Origin: an uncultured Gammaproteobacteria bacterium
GTDB lineage: Bacteria; Patescibacteriota; Patescibacteriia; UBA11705; DATKZF01
Reading direction: 5' to 3'
DNA: 64,000 bases
Assembly (NCBI GenBank): GCA_964411255.1
Contig: CAYPKD010000006.1
Span: 3,097-67,096, forward strand
The notes beneath the pieces were generated by a model. That model was not told the origin of the DNA and searched no databases. It worked only from the letters and a program-made list of their open reading frames with translations. The position numbers were made by a program, and so were the translations under genes. This document shows, one piece after another, positions 10,861-20,311 of the stretch; the stretch's first letter is position 1, and every line of letters begins with the position of its first letter.

Positions 10861-10940
10861 TTAACAGATTAAAAACGGATTAAACAGATACTAATTTATT
10901 TTCCGTTGTATCCGTTGACGATCTGTTGATCCGTTTGATC
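10861..10940. repeat. Intergenic short-word repeat array (ccgtt/aacgg words)
   Basis: Repeated ccgtt, atccgtt and aacgg words between secF and secD. Confidence 0.5.
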
Positions 10941-12973
10941 TATTTCTTTTTCACTCCAAATAACCACAATAATTTAGGTTTTTTTTGTAAGTTCGGAGTG
11001 ACAAATATTTTCAAAAACTGTCTGGTAAGTACAATTGCTGAAAACATACTAATTATAATACCAACACTTAAAGTAATGGCAAACCCCCTAATCATACTGG
11101 TGCCAAACCAAGCAAGGATAAAACATGTTATTAATGTAGAAATATTCCCATCCCGAATAGACGACCATGCTCTTTTAAAACCTTCCTGAACCGATAAATC
11201 CAAGGGTTTCCCCTCTCTAACTTCTTCTTTCATTCTCTCAAAAATAAGCACATTGGCATCAACTGCCATTCCGATCGACAATAAAAATCCAGCTATCCCT
11301 GACAAGGTTAAAGTCACTGGGATATATTTGAATAAAAATAAAACAACAATTCCATATATTAATAAAGCAGCCACAGCAATCAATCCTGGCAGACGATAAT
11401 ATAAAATCATAAATAAAGCAACCAATATCAAACCGACAATACCGGCAACCAAACTTTGCTGGGTTGATTCTTGCCCTAAAGTAGCACCCACAGTTTGCTG
11501 GGTAACCAACTTGATTGGCACTGGCAAAGCACCGGCGTTTAATCTTTGGACTAATAGTTTTGCCTCTTGTATGTTAAAATTTCCGCTGATTACTGCCCGT
11601 CCGTCTTTTATCGGTTCATTAACACGCGGAATGCTGATTGGTGAACCATCTAAAAATATTGCAACAGGCTTACCAACATTTCTGGTAGTAATCTCTGAAA
11701 AAAGCTGTCTGCCCTCATCGTTAAATTCCAAACCAACCTGAGGAATATTTGTATTTGGATCAAATTCTACCTGAGAACGTTTAAGCTGTTTACCAGACAG
11801 GCCTGTATTCATCCACTCTTCAGACGGTGGAACATAATCTTTATCTAATTTCCTTTTTATTAAAATTCTGGCAACTTTATATTCTTTACTCTGCCTTTCA
11901 TCTGATTTATAAATCAAATGGAAACCAAAATCCGTCTCAACAAGATCTGAAATTTCCCCAACGCTCATATTAAATGCAGGTTCTTCAAATTCTGGCACCA
12001 TCCTGCCACGCCAAAACCAACCCAGGTCTCCGCCATTTGGGACTGTAGAAGTATCAGTAGAATGCTCTTTAACTAATTGAGCGAAATTATCTGAGGTTGC
12101 CTGCTCTTTTAATTCTCTAATTTTTTGTTCTGCTTCTTCTTTAGTTGTCTCATTCTCACAAAACTGCGCACCCTGATAACAAATCAACAGGTGACTGGCC
12201 TTTACTTCTTTTTCCCCATCCCTTTCTTCCAAAACTTTAACAACGTTATCACCTTCCTCATCTCTGACTGGCGCATCAAAAACCTCTCCCAATTCAATAC
12301 TCTGAGCAACCGAATAAAAGTTTACATAAATCTCGTCAGTATTTTTTATAAATCCAAGATCTCCCCCGCTATTTTTCGTATTCTCATCCTCTGAATACTG
12401 TTTTGCCAGTTCTGCAAAATCTTCTCCAGCCAAAGCTTTTTCTAACACAACCCTAATTCTTGATGCCACATCATCATTATAAGACTTCATATCTTGCTTT
12501 TCTTCATCAGTCAAATCACGAGATTGCTGAGTATTGCCTTCTTTAAATTCTAAAAGAGGGGTTTCACCAATTTTATTAATTGCTTCCCTAACATCTGATA
12601 TACCAGCCAATTCCACAATAACACGCCATTTATCGCCTGATCTGTTTATTTGAGCTAAAGGTTCTGCCACACCCAAATCATTTACCCGTCGTTCAATAAC
12701 ATCACGTACGCCCTCTACGGCTGCTCCTTTTTCCCCTTCTTCAATTTGAGAAGTATCTGCTTCATAAACAAGATGCGTACCTCCCTGCAAATCAAGTCCT
12801 AAATGAAAATCCTTTGAATGAAGTTCGGAAATATCCCAGCTCCATTTGGAATTTGCCCAGGCAATGGTTTTATTAATCGGACCAGGGAAATCAACAATGG
12901 CCAATAACAAAGCAATGACAATGATAATTGCCACTGAAATCCGAATTTTTGTTCTGCTTTTCAATGTTGCCAT
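10940..12973 (-). CDS. secD: Protein translocase subunit SecD with two inserted parvulin-type (PpiC) peptidyl-prolyl isomerase domains in the periplasmic region
   Basis: 677 aa. N-terminal TM, SecD P1-like region, then tandem parvulin signatures (FAELAKQYSED..GGDLGF and FAQLVKEHSTD..GGDLGWF..FEEPAF..VGEISDLVETDFGFHLI), then a C-terminal 6-TM SecD core. Confidence 0.8.
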   Translation of the reverse strand: MATLKSRTKIRISVAIIIVIALLLAIVDFPGPINKTIAWANSKWSWDISELHSKDFHLGLDLQGGTHLVYEADTSQIEEGEKGAAVEGVRDVIERRVNDLGVAEPLAQINRSGDKWRVIVELAGISDVREAINKIGETPLLEFKEGNTQQSRDLTDEEKQDMKSYNDDVASRIRVVLEKALAGEDFAELAKQYSEDENTKNSGGDLGFIKNTDEIYVNFYSVAQSIELGEVFDAPVRDEEGDNVVKVLEERDGEKEVKASHLLICYQGAQFCENETTKEEAEQKIRELKEQATSDNFAQLVKEHSTDTSTVPNGGDLGWFWRGRMVPEFEEPAFNMSVGEISDLVETDFGFHLIYKSDERQSKEYKVARILIKRKLDKDYVPPSEEWMNTGLSGKQLKRSQVEFDPNTNIPQVGLEFNDEGRQLFSEITTRNVGKPVAIFLDGSPISIPRVNEPIKDGRAVISGNFNIQEAKLLVQRLNAGALPVPIKLVTQQTVGATLGQESTQQSLVAGIVGLILVALFMILYYRLPGLIAVAALLIYGIVVLFLFKYIPVTLTLSGIAGFLLSIGMAVDANVLIFERMKEEVREGKPLDLSVQEGFKRAWSSIRDGNISTLITCFILAWFGTSMIRGFAITLSVGIIISMFSAIVLTRQFLKIFVTPNLQKKPKLLWLFGVKKK

Positions 12974-13100
12974 AGTGAAATTATTATAACTAAATTAATA
13001 AAATATTGCAATAAAAATGTGAACAAATTCAGCCTCTTGACTTTTTAATAATAATTGTTATGATTAATTACTAAGGTTATCGCCCCAAAAGGAGGGAAAG

Positions 13101-13487
13101 ATGAGTAAACGAATCGCAAAAGTCGTTTCAATTTCATTAATGAAACTTCTTATTAAAGACGAAGAAGATAATTGGCGATTCTCAGAAATGCAAATTAAAT
13201 TTACTTTTGAAGATCAAAAAATTGGTACAGTGACCATTATTGAACCGGGAACTAATATGACAAATAAAGTCATGTCAGGCCTGCTCAATTTGATTCCCAA
13301 TAATATTGACATTCCAGTTGATCCAAAAAATCCACCATATTTATTGGTGGAAGACATTGCAGAGCAAGAAAAAGAAAAAGGATATGAAATATTTGCAAAT
13401 GAAAATAGAGTAAATATTATAAAAAGAGTATCAAAAAAAGAAATGCTGAAATTGGCTCAAAAAGGATTGGAAAAAGAATCACCATAG
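13101..13487 (+). CDS. Hypothetical protein
   Basis: 128-aa ORF. SD aaaggaggg precedes the ATG. Hairpin terminators follow at 13493-13560. Confidence 0.45.
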   Translation: MSKRIAKVVSISLMKLLIKDEEDNWRFSEMQIKFTFEDQKIGTVTIIEPGTNMTNKVMSGLLNLIPNNIDIPVDPKNPPYLLVEDIAEQEKEKGYEIFANENRVNIIKRVSKKEMLKLAQKGLEKESP

Positions 13488-13492
13488 AAGCT

Positions 13493-13515
13493 CCACGAGC
13501 TTCTTTTTAACAGCA
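13493..13515 (+). terminator. Intrinsic terminator
   Basis: gaagctccacgagcttc hairpin plus T-run directly after the stop of 13101-13487. Confidence 0.5.
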
Positions 13516-13552
13516 AAAAACCGCTGATTGATAATGTTCTTCAGCGGTTATT

Positions 13553-13768
13553 TTATTCAAGACGAGGCGAACCTTGAGGAGTAGATGCGATTATTTCTGC
13601 AAAAATTTTATTATAGCCTGGCGAAAATGAAATAGTTCTTGGAGATTTATTTTTTAAATCAGCTATTCTTCTTCCTTCAGCTATATTAACAGTTAACCAA
13701 CCATTTTGTGCAACTTTTTTTATAAATTCTTTATGCCATTTTATTTGATCTTCTCTTTTTTGCATCAA
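13553..13768 (-). CDS. Hypothetical small protein (71 aa)
   Basis: ORF with upstream AGGAGG (cctcct on the plus strand at 13776-13781). Confidence 0.35.
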   Translation of the reverse strand: MMQKREDQIKWHKEFIKKVAQNGWLTVNIAEGRRIADLKNKSPRTISFSPGYNKIFAEIIASTPQGSPRLE

Positions 13769-13951
13769 ATACCTCCTTTCAAATTCAAACTACTAATAGT
13801 TTAAATCAACTAGAAACTTAATGCAATAAGCAAATATATTTATAATTCCCAGACAAAAAAATATTAATAGCCCTCATTTGTAATTCAATATTGCAAAGCC
13901 TCTTTGCTTTTGTCTGTTTTAAAATTAAATAAAAACCGCAAATAGATTTGA

Positions 13952-14218
13952 CTATTTGCGGTCATTTCGAAAATATTTATCTGGAATGGTGCATCTGCCG
14001 CTATTTAATTCATCCAAAATCCTTTGTCTGGCCATCTCCATATTGCCTTGGCCAAATCTTTTTAATTCTTTACAAATATATCGATTCAATGCTCTTTCTT
14101 GTCTTTGTTTTTGAATTTGTCTTCGCTTGCGCTCTTTTTTTCTTCTTTTGTGATTAATAGGCATTGCCCCTCCATTTCCATAGTTTTTTATTATATCATA
14201 CTTATAAAAATTTGTCAA
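13952..14218 (-). CDS. Hypothetical small basic protein (88 aa)
   Basis: ORF with a TTGACAA..TATAAT-like promoter motif upstream at ~14195-14230. Confidence 0.3.
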   Translation of the reverse strand: MTNFYKYDIIKNYGNGGAMPINHKRRKKERKRRQIQKQRQERALNRYICKELKRFGQGNMEMARQRILDELNSGRCTIPDKYFRNDRK

Positions 14219-14255
14219 AATAAACAGCGGAAAATCATTGATTTTCCGCTGTTAT

Positions 14256-14735
14256 TTATACAGCTTTTACTTCCTCCTCCTGCAGTTCTCTTCGAATCTT
14301 GTAAAGCATCCGAATAAAAACTGCAGCTGGCAAACTGGTGTGAGGCGATTCTTTGTGGCCCAGGTTATGGGTCAGCGTAGCATTGCCAGTGGCAAGCAGT
14401 GCTCTTCGGGCAGGTCCGTATTGTGTGAACTTTGCCCGGAGAAACCGCTCGATGAGCTTAAAATGCTCTTTGGACCGGAAGTCCATTTCTTGTCCCTGCC
14501 ACCAGACCTTACCAGTCCGTCTCACTCTTTTGTTTGCTTTTTTGCCTTTGAATTTGGCTGCTCTGCCAACCAAGGTGCAAACATGCCTCTGCATTTCAGG
14601 ATCCTTGAACTTTACTGCCTGAATCCCACCCTCAGTAGAGGCACATTTCACACCATCAATTTCAAATGGCGCAGCAGGAAAGTTGGACAGAATTGCCCAT
14701 CTCGACTTGCCATTACTTCCAATATTGATAGCCAT
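14256..14735 (-). CDS. NADAR-family (YbiA/DUF1768-like) ADP-ribose processing domain protein
   Basis: FEIDG..(15 aa)..VKFKD and LLATGNATLTHNLGHKE resemble NADAR motifs. GC-elevated relative to flanks. SD GGAGA. Confidence 0.55.
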   Translation of the reverse strand: MAINIGSNGKSRWAILSNFPAAPFEIDGVKCASTEGGIQAVKFKDPEMQRHVCTLVGRAAKFKGKKANKRVRRTGKVWWQGQEMDFRSKEHFKLIERFLRAKFTQYGPARRALLATGNATLTHNLGHKESPHTSLPAAVFIRMLYKIRRELQEEEVKAV

Positions 14736-14830
14736 CGTATATCTCCATTTTCAAGTAAATATTATTACATTATAGCATATTTATAATAAAAAGTCAAGTC
14801 TAGATACTGTATTTTACCTAAAATTAAACA

Positions 14831-14856
14831 AAACCGTCAGCTATGCTGACGGTTTT
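14831..14856. terminator. Bidirectional terminator hairpin
   Basis: aaaaccgtcagctatgctgacggttttt. Confidence 0.5.
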
Positions 14857-15012
14857 TATATACTTACACCGCTTGGTTAGCAGCAGAAATGCCATTTTCA
14901 ATGAAAGTATTGCATGGTCAGCATCAGAAATGATACTTTTTAAATTCCGCAATAATTGAAGCAGCATTTCTGCTGCTAGCCACGATCTGAGCGCAAGCCG
15001 AACAGCGAATTC

Positions 15013-15279
15013 TTATTTATCCTTATACTTTATCCAAATCTTTTTTATTAACTGAAGCGACAATGTCGATAAGATAAATGCCAAAGCTGGAACAATGGAA
15101 TTAATAAATGGTTTTGGCAAATCAGCAAAGAAAAAGAATAATACAATTACAAAATAAGTTAATACTGCAATTAATATTTTTCTTAGCCAACTTGTCTCCC
15201 AGGATTTATCAAGTTCAACTCTTTTATTTCTTTGCTTTATCAATTTAATTTCTTTTTGCAGTTCTTCAATAGATGACAT
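15013..15279 (-). CDS. Small membrane protein
   Basis: 88 aa with a central hydrophobic stretch, directly downstream of the SPFH gene. Confidence 0.4.
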   Translation of the reverse strand: MSSIEELQKEIKLIKQRNKRVELDKSWETSWLRKILIAVLTYFVIVLFFFFADLPKPFINSIVPALAFILSTLSLQLIKKIWIKYKDK

Positions 15280-15282
15280 AAA

Positions 15283-16137
15283 TTACGGATTTACATTAAT
15301 GATTGGCATGCCATTCTCATCTGTTGGCACAAATAAAAATGTTGAATTTGGCGAATCTGCTAAATCACGCATCATTTCAATTGAATACCATCGTAAATAT
15401 GAAGGAGTCAAACTCCTGGAAATTACATCCTGCGCTTTTTTAATACCATCAGCTTCAATCACTCTTCTTTCTGCTTCTTTTTTTTCTTTATCTAAAACAA
15501 AATCCATTGCTTGCGCTTCCTGCTCTGATTTTAATTTATCTTCAATAGATTGAGATAATTCTGTAGGAAGATTTACATTTCTAAGCAAAACATTTTCAAT
15601 CACCACTCCCCTTTCTTCAACTTTTTTTATTTGGTCTAACATTCCTTGTGCTACTTCCTGTCTTTTATCAGAATAAATGTCCTTTGCTTCATAAACAGCT
15701 ACAACATCTCTAATTGAAGTCCGAATAGCAGGTCTGATAATTTTTTCCTCATAATTTTTTCCTAAATCACGAAAAACCATTGGAGCTTTTTGCTCATCCA
15801 AATGATATAAAACTGTAATATCCAAAACCACTTTCAAACCTTCTTTTGTCAATGCCCAAATAGAATCATCCTGATGTCCTTCTCCAATCGTCATAGTGTA
15901 TTCTTCAGTTCGAATGGACATTTTATGCACGATCCGCAAAGGATTAATTAAATGCAAACCAGAAGACAGCGGCTTGTCGCTAACTCTTCCAAAAAGAGTG
16001 GTCACGCCAGTGCTTCCGGCAGGGATGACAGTCAAACCTTTTAACAATACTAAAACTACAAAAATAATTAATGGTATTCCAACAAAAACAAACTTTTTAG
16101 GAAAGCCAAATTTATTTATTATCACTGGATTGTCCAT
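15283..16137 (-). CDS. SPFH/band-7 (prohibitin/HflK-C-like) domain protein
   Basis: N-terminal TM followed by a typical SPFH domain sequence. Confidence 0.7.
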   Translation of the reverse strand: MDNPVIINKFGFPKKFVFVGIPLIIFVVLVLLKGLTVIPAGSTGVTTLFGRVSDKPLSSGLHLINPLRIVHKMSIRTEEYTMTIGEGHQDDSIWALTKEGLKVVLDITVLYHLDEQKAPMVFRDLGKNYEEKIIRPAIRTSIRDVVAVYEAKDIYSDKRQEVAQGMLDQIKKVEERGVVIENVLLRNVNLPTELSQSIEDKLKSEQEAQAMDFVLDKEKKEAERRVIEADGIKKAQDVISRSLTPSYLRWYSIEMMRDLADSPNSTFLFVPTDENGMPIINVNP

Positions 16138-16154
16138 ATTTTTAAAAAAATTAT

Positions 16155-16604
16155 TTATAAAACTCCTTTATCTATTAATTCTTTTGAAGATGGGCCTTTT
16201 TGCGTTTTCATTAATATTTCATTTTGAACCAATGCGTCTTTAATTCTTTCAACCTGCTTTGGAGATGTGTTTTGAGGCAGATCAATAAATTTAAAATATT
16301 CAATTTTATTCGACTCATTTGTTAAAGTCATTTTCCCACCAGTTATTTTGCAAATAAAGGCAAAAGAAATTTCATCCTGATCGGGTTTGGCATAAACGCC
16401 GGTCATTTTTTCAACTTCAACTTCCAGTCCTGTTTCTTCTTTTACTTCTCTGACAACGCCCTCCCAGGGCGCCTCGCCTTTTTCCAAACCGCCGCCAGGC
16501 AGATTCCAAAGATCCCTGTCTGTCCGATGGCATAGCAAAACCCGATTGTCTTTGTCTAAAATCACTCCGAAAACTCCGATTTTAAATTTTGGCTGTTGTG
16601 CCAT
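16155..16604 (-). CDS. NUDIX hydrolase
   Basis: Nudix box GGGLEKGEAPWEGVVREVKEETGLEVE. Confidence 0.75.
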   Translation of the reverse strand: MAQQPKFKIGVFGVILDKDNRVLLCHRTDRDLWNLPGGGLEKGEAPWEGVVREVKEETGLEVEVEKMTGVYAKPDQDEISFAFICKITGGKMTLTNESNKIEYFKFIDLPQNTSPKQVERIKDALVQNEILMKTQKGPSSKELIDKGVL

Positions 16605-16609
16605 ATTGA

Positions 16610-17287
16610 TTACATTTGTCCGTTTATTTCTTTTTCCATTCTGTCTAAAAAATCTTTAAAAAACTTAGCTCTATCTTTACAAATTTCCTTTGCTGTTTTG
16701 GTATATAGTTTATCTATTAAAAATTTAAGTTTTATTTCATATTCAATTTGCGGACTATGCTTTGTCTTATCCTGAATTCTGCCATTAATACTTCCTCCTA
16801 AGTTTTCTTTAATATATTCATCAATGTTAACTTTTTTGAAAATATGTGCATTACGCGTTCCCACCCAGACAAAACTTCGAGCCAATCCGATCGCCCCAAT
16901 TGCATCAAGCTTATCAGCATCAAATAAAATCTTTGCTTCAATTGTCTCTGGTTTATTTTCTGTTTTATAGCGATGAGAAATAATGCAGTCCTGAATATGT
17001 TTGATTTTCTCAGGCTCATAGCCCATTTGGGTCAAAATTGGCTCAGCCATCTTTGCGCTTTCAACTGCATGATCTGTTTTGCCAGTCGGATCATTCATTT
17101 CTTTTGATCCGCCAATATCATGAAGTAAAGTTGCAATCTGCAACACCTCTAAATCAATTTCTTCACTTTCTTTTTCAGCAATCTTCATTGCCAGATTATA
17201 AACTCTCATTACATGATCAAAATTATGCCCAGAATCTGACGATTCCTTTTCAACTATCTCTTTTATCTTTTCTAAATTTTTATCCAT
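16610..17287 (-). CDS. HD-domain phosphohydrolase
   Basis: H..HDIG motif set (HVMRVYNLAMKIAE, LLHDIGGSKE). The ORF extends to 17308, overlapping the secA end. The likely start is MDKNLEKIK. Confidence 0.6.
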   Translation of the reverse strand: MDKNLEKIKEIVEKESSDSGHNFDHVMRVYNLAMKIAEKESEEIDLEVLQIATLLHDIGGSKEMNDPTGKTDHAVESAKMAEPILTQMGYEPEKIKHIQDCIISHRYKTENKPETIEAKILFDADKLDAIGAIGLARSFVWVGTRNAHIFKKVNIDEYIKENLGGSINGRIQDKTKHSPQIEYEIKLKFLIDKLYTKTAKEICKDRAKFFKDFLDRMEKEINGQM

Positions 17288-17292
17288 AAATA

Positions 17293-20064
17293 TTATCCTC
17301 CACAACATTTTTTATATTTTTTCCCAGATCCGCACGGACATGGATCATTTCGACCTACTTTTTTTCCAGAAGCGTCTTTCACCTTATCACCAACCGGATG
17401 CTCATGCGTTTGCTTTACCTGTCTATATGGATCAGTCATTTTTTTCTGATCAAATGTTGAAGAAGTTGAATCAGATGTTTTAGCTGGCGCAGAATATGTG
17501 GCCTTTTGTCTGTCCATCACCCCTGGATCATCAGGCCTCATTAGCCCAACTTTATAAATACTGTAAACAACCTGCCGGTTTATTAAATTTAACAGCTGCT
17601 CAAACATTGATCTTGATTCTTTTTTATATTCAACCAAAGGATCGCGCTGGCCATAGCCGCGCAAGCCAATTCCAGCGCGCAGGCCGTCCAATGCGTCCAA
17701 ATGGTCAACCCACAAATTATCAATACTTCTAATTAAAATTTCCCGTTCAACCATTGGCATTGTCACATTTATTTCTTTTCCAGATTCATTTATCTGTTCA
17801 ATCAATTTTTCATATCCCTGCTTGGCGATTTTTAATAAATGCTCAATAATTTCAGTCCTGGCAATTGCGTCTTGGGATTTATCTCCGGCAACCTTTTCCA
17901 AACTTTCCAGCTGACGGTCTAAAACATCTGGCACTGGGAAAATAGTCTTTGCAGTTTCTGCAATTTCTTTTAAATTCCAGTCTTTTTGATCTTCACCAGC
18001 TGTATGGAAGGCCACAATCTGCTCTACTTCGTCTTCAATCATTTCCCAAACAATATTAGCCAGTTCATCTGGATTTTTTTCAAAAGTTTCTAAAGTTTTA
18101 AAACGCTTTTTATAAATATATTCGCGCTGCTTATTCATCACGTCATCATATTCAACCAAGTGTTTTCTAATATCAAAATGATAGCCCTCCACTCTGGTCT
18201 GAGATTTTTCCAAAGCCCGGCTGATCATTTTATTTTCAATTGGCATGTCTTCTGGCACTTTTAACGTCTGCATTATTGTCTTCACCCGGTCAGAGCCGAA
18301 AACTCTCATCAAATCATCTTCAGTTGAAACATAAAATTGCGAAGCTCCTGGATCGCCCTGTCTGCCAGAACGTCCCCGAAGCTGATTGTCAATCCGCCGG
18401 GATTCATGCCGTTCTGTGCCAAGCACAAATAATCCGCCAAGCTCTTTAACTTTATTGTATTCAGTTTCATCAAAAGGCGCGCCGCCTAAAATAATATCAA
18501 CTCCGCGACCAGCCATATTGGTAGCCACCGTAACTGCGTCCACTTTACCAGCCTGGGCAATAATTTGCGCTTCTTTTTCATGCTGCTTGGCATTTAACAC
18601 CTGGTGCGAAACGCCAGATTGCTTTAATAATCTGCTCAAAAGTTCATTTCTTTCAATTGATATTGTGCCAATTAAAACTGGCTGGCCTTTTTCACTTAAT
18701 TCTTTCACTTCTCTGACAATGGCTTTAAATTTTCCAATTTCAGTTGCAAAAATTCTGTCAGCCATATCCTGCCTGATCATTGGTTTATTTGTTGGAATAA
18801 CTAATACGTCAAGATTGTAGATTTTTGAAAATTCTTCAGCCTCAGTTTCAGCTGTACCGGTCATGCCTGATAATTTTTTATACATTCGAAAATAATTTTG
18901 AAAAGTTACTGTGGCCAATGTCCGGCTTTCTTTTCTGACTTCAACTCCTTCTTTTGCTTCAATTGCCTGGTGCAATCCTTCTGAATATCTTCTGCCTTCC
19001 ATTAAACGGCCAGTGAATTCATCAATAATTACAACCTCACCTTCTTTAACCACATAATCTTTATCTTTTCTAAATAATGCATGCGCTTTTAATGCATTTT
19101 CCAAATGATGCACCATTCGTACCCCGCCTTCTGTCCAAATATTTCCAATGCCTAAACGTTTTTCAACATTTTCAATGCCCTGTTCAGACAAAGTGGCTGC
19201 TTTCATTTTTTCATCAATATTATAATCTTCATTTTCCACCAAACCCGGCACCATTTGTGCAAATTTTTTATATAAATCACCTGATTCTTCTGCTGGCGCT
19301 GAAATAATCAATGGAGTTCTGGCTTCATCAATTAAAATTGAATCTATTTCATCTACAATTGCGTAATTCAATTTTCGCTGAACTCTTTTAGAAAGATCAG
19401 AGACCATATTATCTCTTAAGTAGTCAAAACCAAATTCATTGTTTGTACCATAAGTAATATCAGCAGCATAAGCTTCTTTTCGAGAAACCGGACGTAAAAA
19501 TTTTTCTTGAATTTTGTAAGAACCTTGTTCATCTCTTTTTTCATCAGCATCTTGTTCACCAGTAAATTTTTCATCATATAAAAAAGAGCTGTCATGTTGC
19601 ACACAGCCGATTGAAAGTCCTAAAAAGCTATAAACCTGGCTCATCCAGATAGCGTCTCTTTTTGCTAAATAATCATTTACTGTGACTACATGAACACCCT
19701 TTCCTTCCAGAGCATTTAAATAAACTGCAGCTGTGGCAGTTAAAGTTTTTCCTTCACCGGTTTTCATTTCAACAATATTTCCTCTGTGCATAGCAATTCC
19801 ACCAATAAGCTGGACAGCATAATGCTTTTGTTTTAAAGTCCTCCAGGCTACTTCCCGGACAACAGCAAAAGCCTCTGGCAAGATGTCATCCAAAGTTTTG
19901 CCGTTTTTTAATAAGTCCTTAAAATAAGCAGTCTTTTCCTTCAACTTGTCATCAGAAATATTTGTCATTTCCTGATCAAGTTTTTCAATCTGATTAACAA
20001 GCGGATTAATTTTATCAATTGCTTTTTGATTTGGATCGCCGAGGATTTTATTTAATATTGACAT
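17293..20064 (-). CDS. secA: Preprotein translocase ATPase SecA
   Basis: 923 aa with DEAD-like motor motifs and the C-terminal zinc-binding CPCGSGKKYKKCCG. Confidence 0.9.
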   Translation of the reverse strand: MSILNKILGDPNQKAIDKINPLVNQIEKLDQEMTNISDDKLKEKTAYFKDLLKNGKTLDDILPEAFAVVREVAWRTLKQKHYAVQLIGGIAMHRGNIVEMKTGEGKTLTATAAVYLNALEGKGVHVVTVNDYLAKRDAIWMSQVYSFLGLSIGCVQHDSSFLYDEKFTGEQDADEKRDEQGSYKIQEKFLRPVSRKEAYAADITYGTNNEFGFDYLRDNMVSDLSKRVQRKLNYAIVDEIDSILIDEARTPLIISAPAEESGDLYKKFAQMVPGLVENEDYNIDEKMKAATLSEQGIENVEKRLGIGNIWTEGGVRMVHHLENALKAHALFRKDKDYVVKEGEVVIIDEFTGRLMEGRRYSEGLHQAIEAKEGVEVRKESRTLATVTFQNYFRMYKKLSGMTGTAETEAEEFSKIYNLDVLVIPTNKPMIRQDMADRIFATEIGKFKAIVREVKELSEKGQPVLIGTISIERNELLSRLLKQSGVSHQVLNAKQHEKEAQIIAQAGKVDAVTVATNMAGRGVDIILGGAPFDETEYNKVKELGGLFVLGTERHESRRIDNQLRGRSGRQGDPGASQFYVSTEDDLMRVFGSDRVKTIMQTLKVPEDMPIENKMISRALEKSQTRVEGYHFDIRKHLVEYDDVMNKQREYIYKKRFKTLETFEKNPDELANIVWEMIEDEVEQIVAFHTAGEDQKDWNLKEIAETAKTIFPVPDVLDRQLESLEKVAGDKSQDAIARTEIIEHLLKIAKQGYEKLIEQINESGKEINVTMPMVEREILIRSIDNLWVDHLDALDGLRAGIGLRGYGQRDPLVEYKKESRSMFEQLLNLINRQVVYSIYKVGLMRPDDPGVMDRQKATYSAPAKTSDSTSSTFDQKKMTDPYRQVKQTHEHPVGDKVKDASGKKVGRNDPCPCGSGKKYKKCCGG

Positions 20065-20083
20065 AATTAATTTATAATTTAAA

Positions 20084-20212
20084 AGTCATTAGTCATTAGA
20101 TACAGCAGCTGGTTTAGATATTAGTCATGTGTCATTAGTTTAATATTTAGAACCACTGACCTTAACCAAATGACCATACTGACCGCCCAGCCCAACACCC
20201 AATGACCATTAT
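20084..20212. repeat. Intergenic word-repeat array (tcattag/atgaccat words); a related copy lies at 1061-1135
   Basis: Repeated gtcattag, tgaccat and aatgaccatta words. Both loci share aatgaccatta. Confidence 0.5.
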
Positions 20213-20311
20213 TAAAATCTTTTTAAAATTTACCATAAAAATCTCGAAAAAACAAGCCTTTTTAATATTTTTTATTAATGTTACAATAAACTTAAATTAA
20301 CTAAAATTTCT

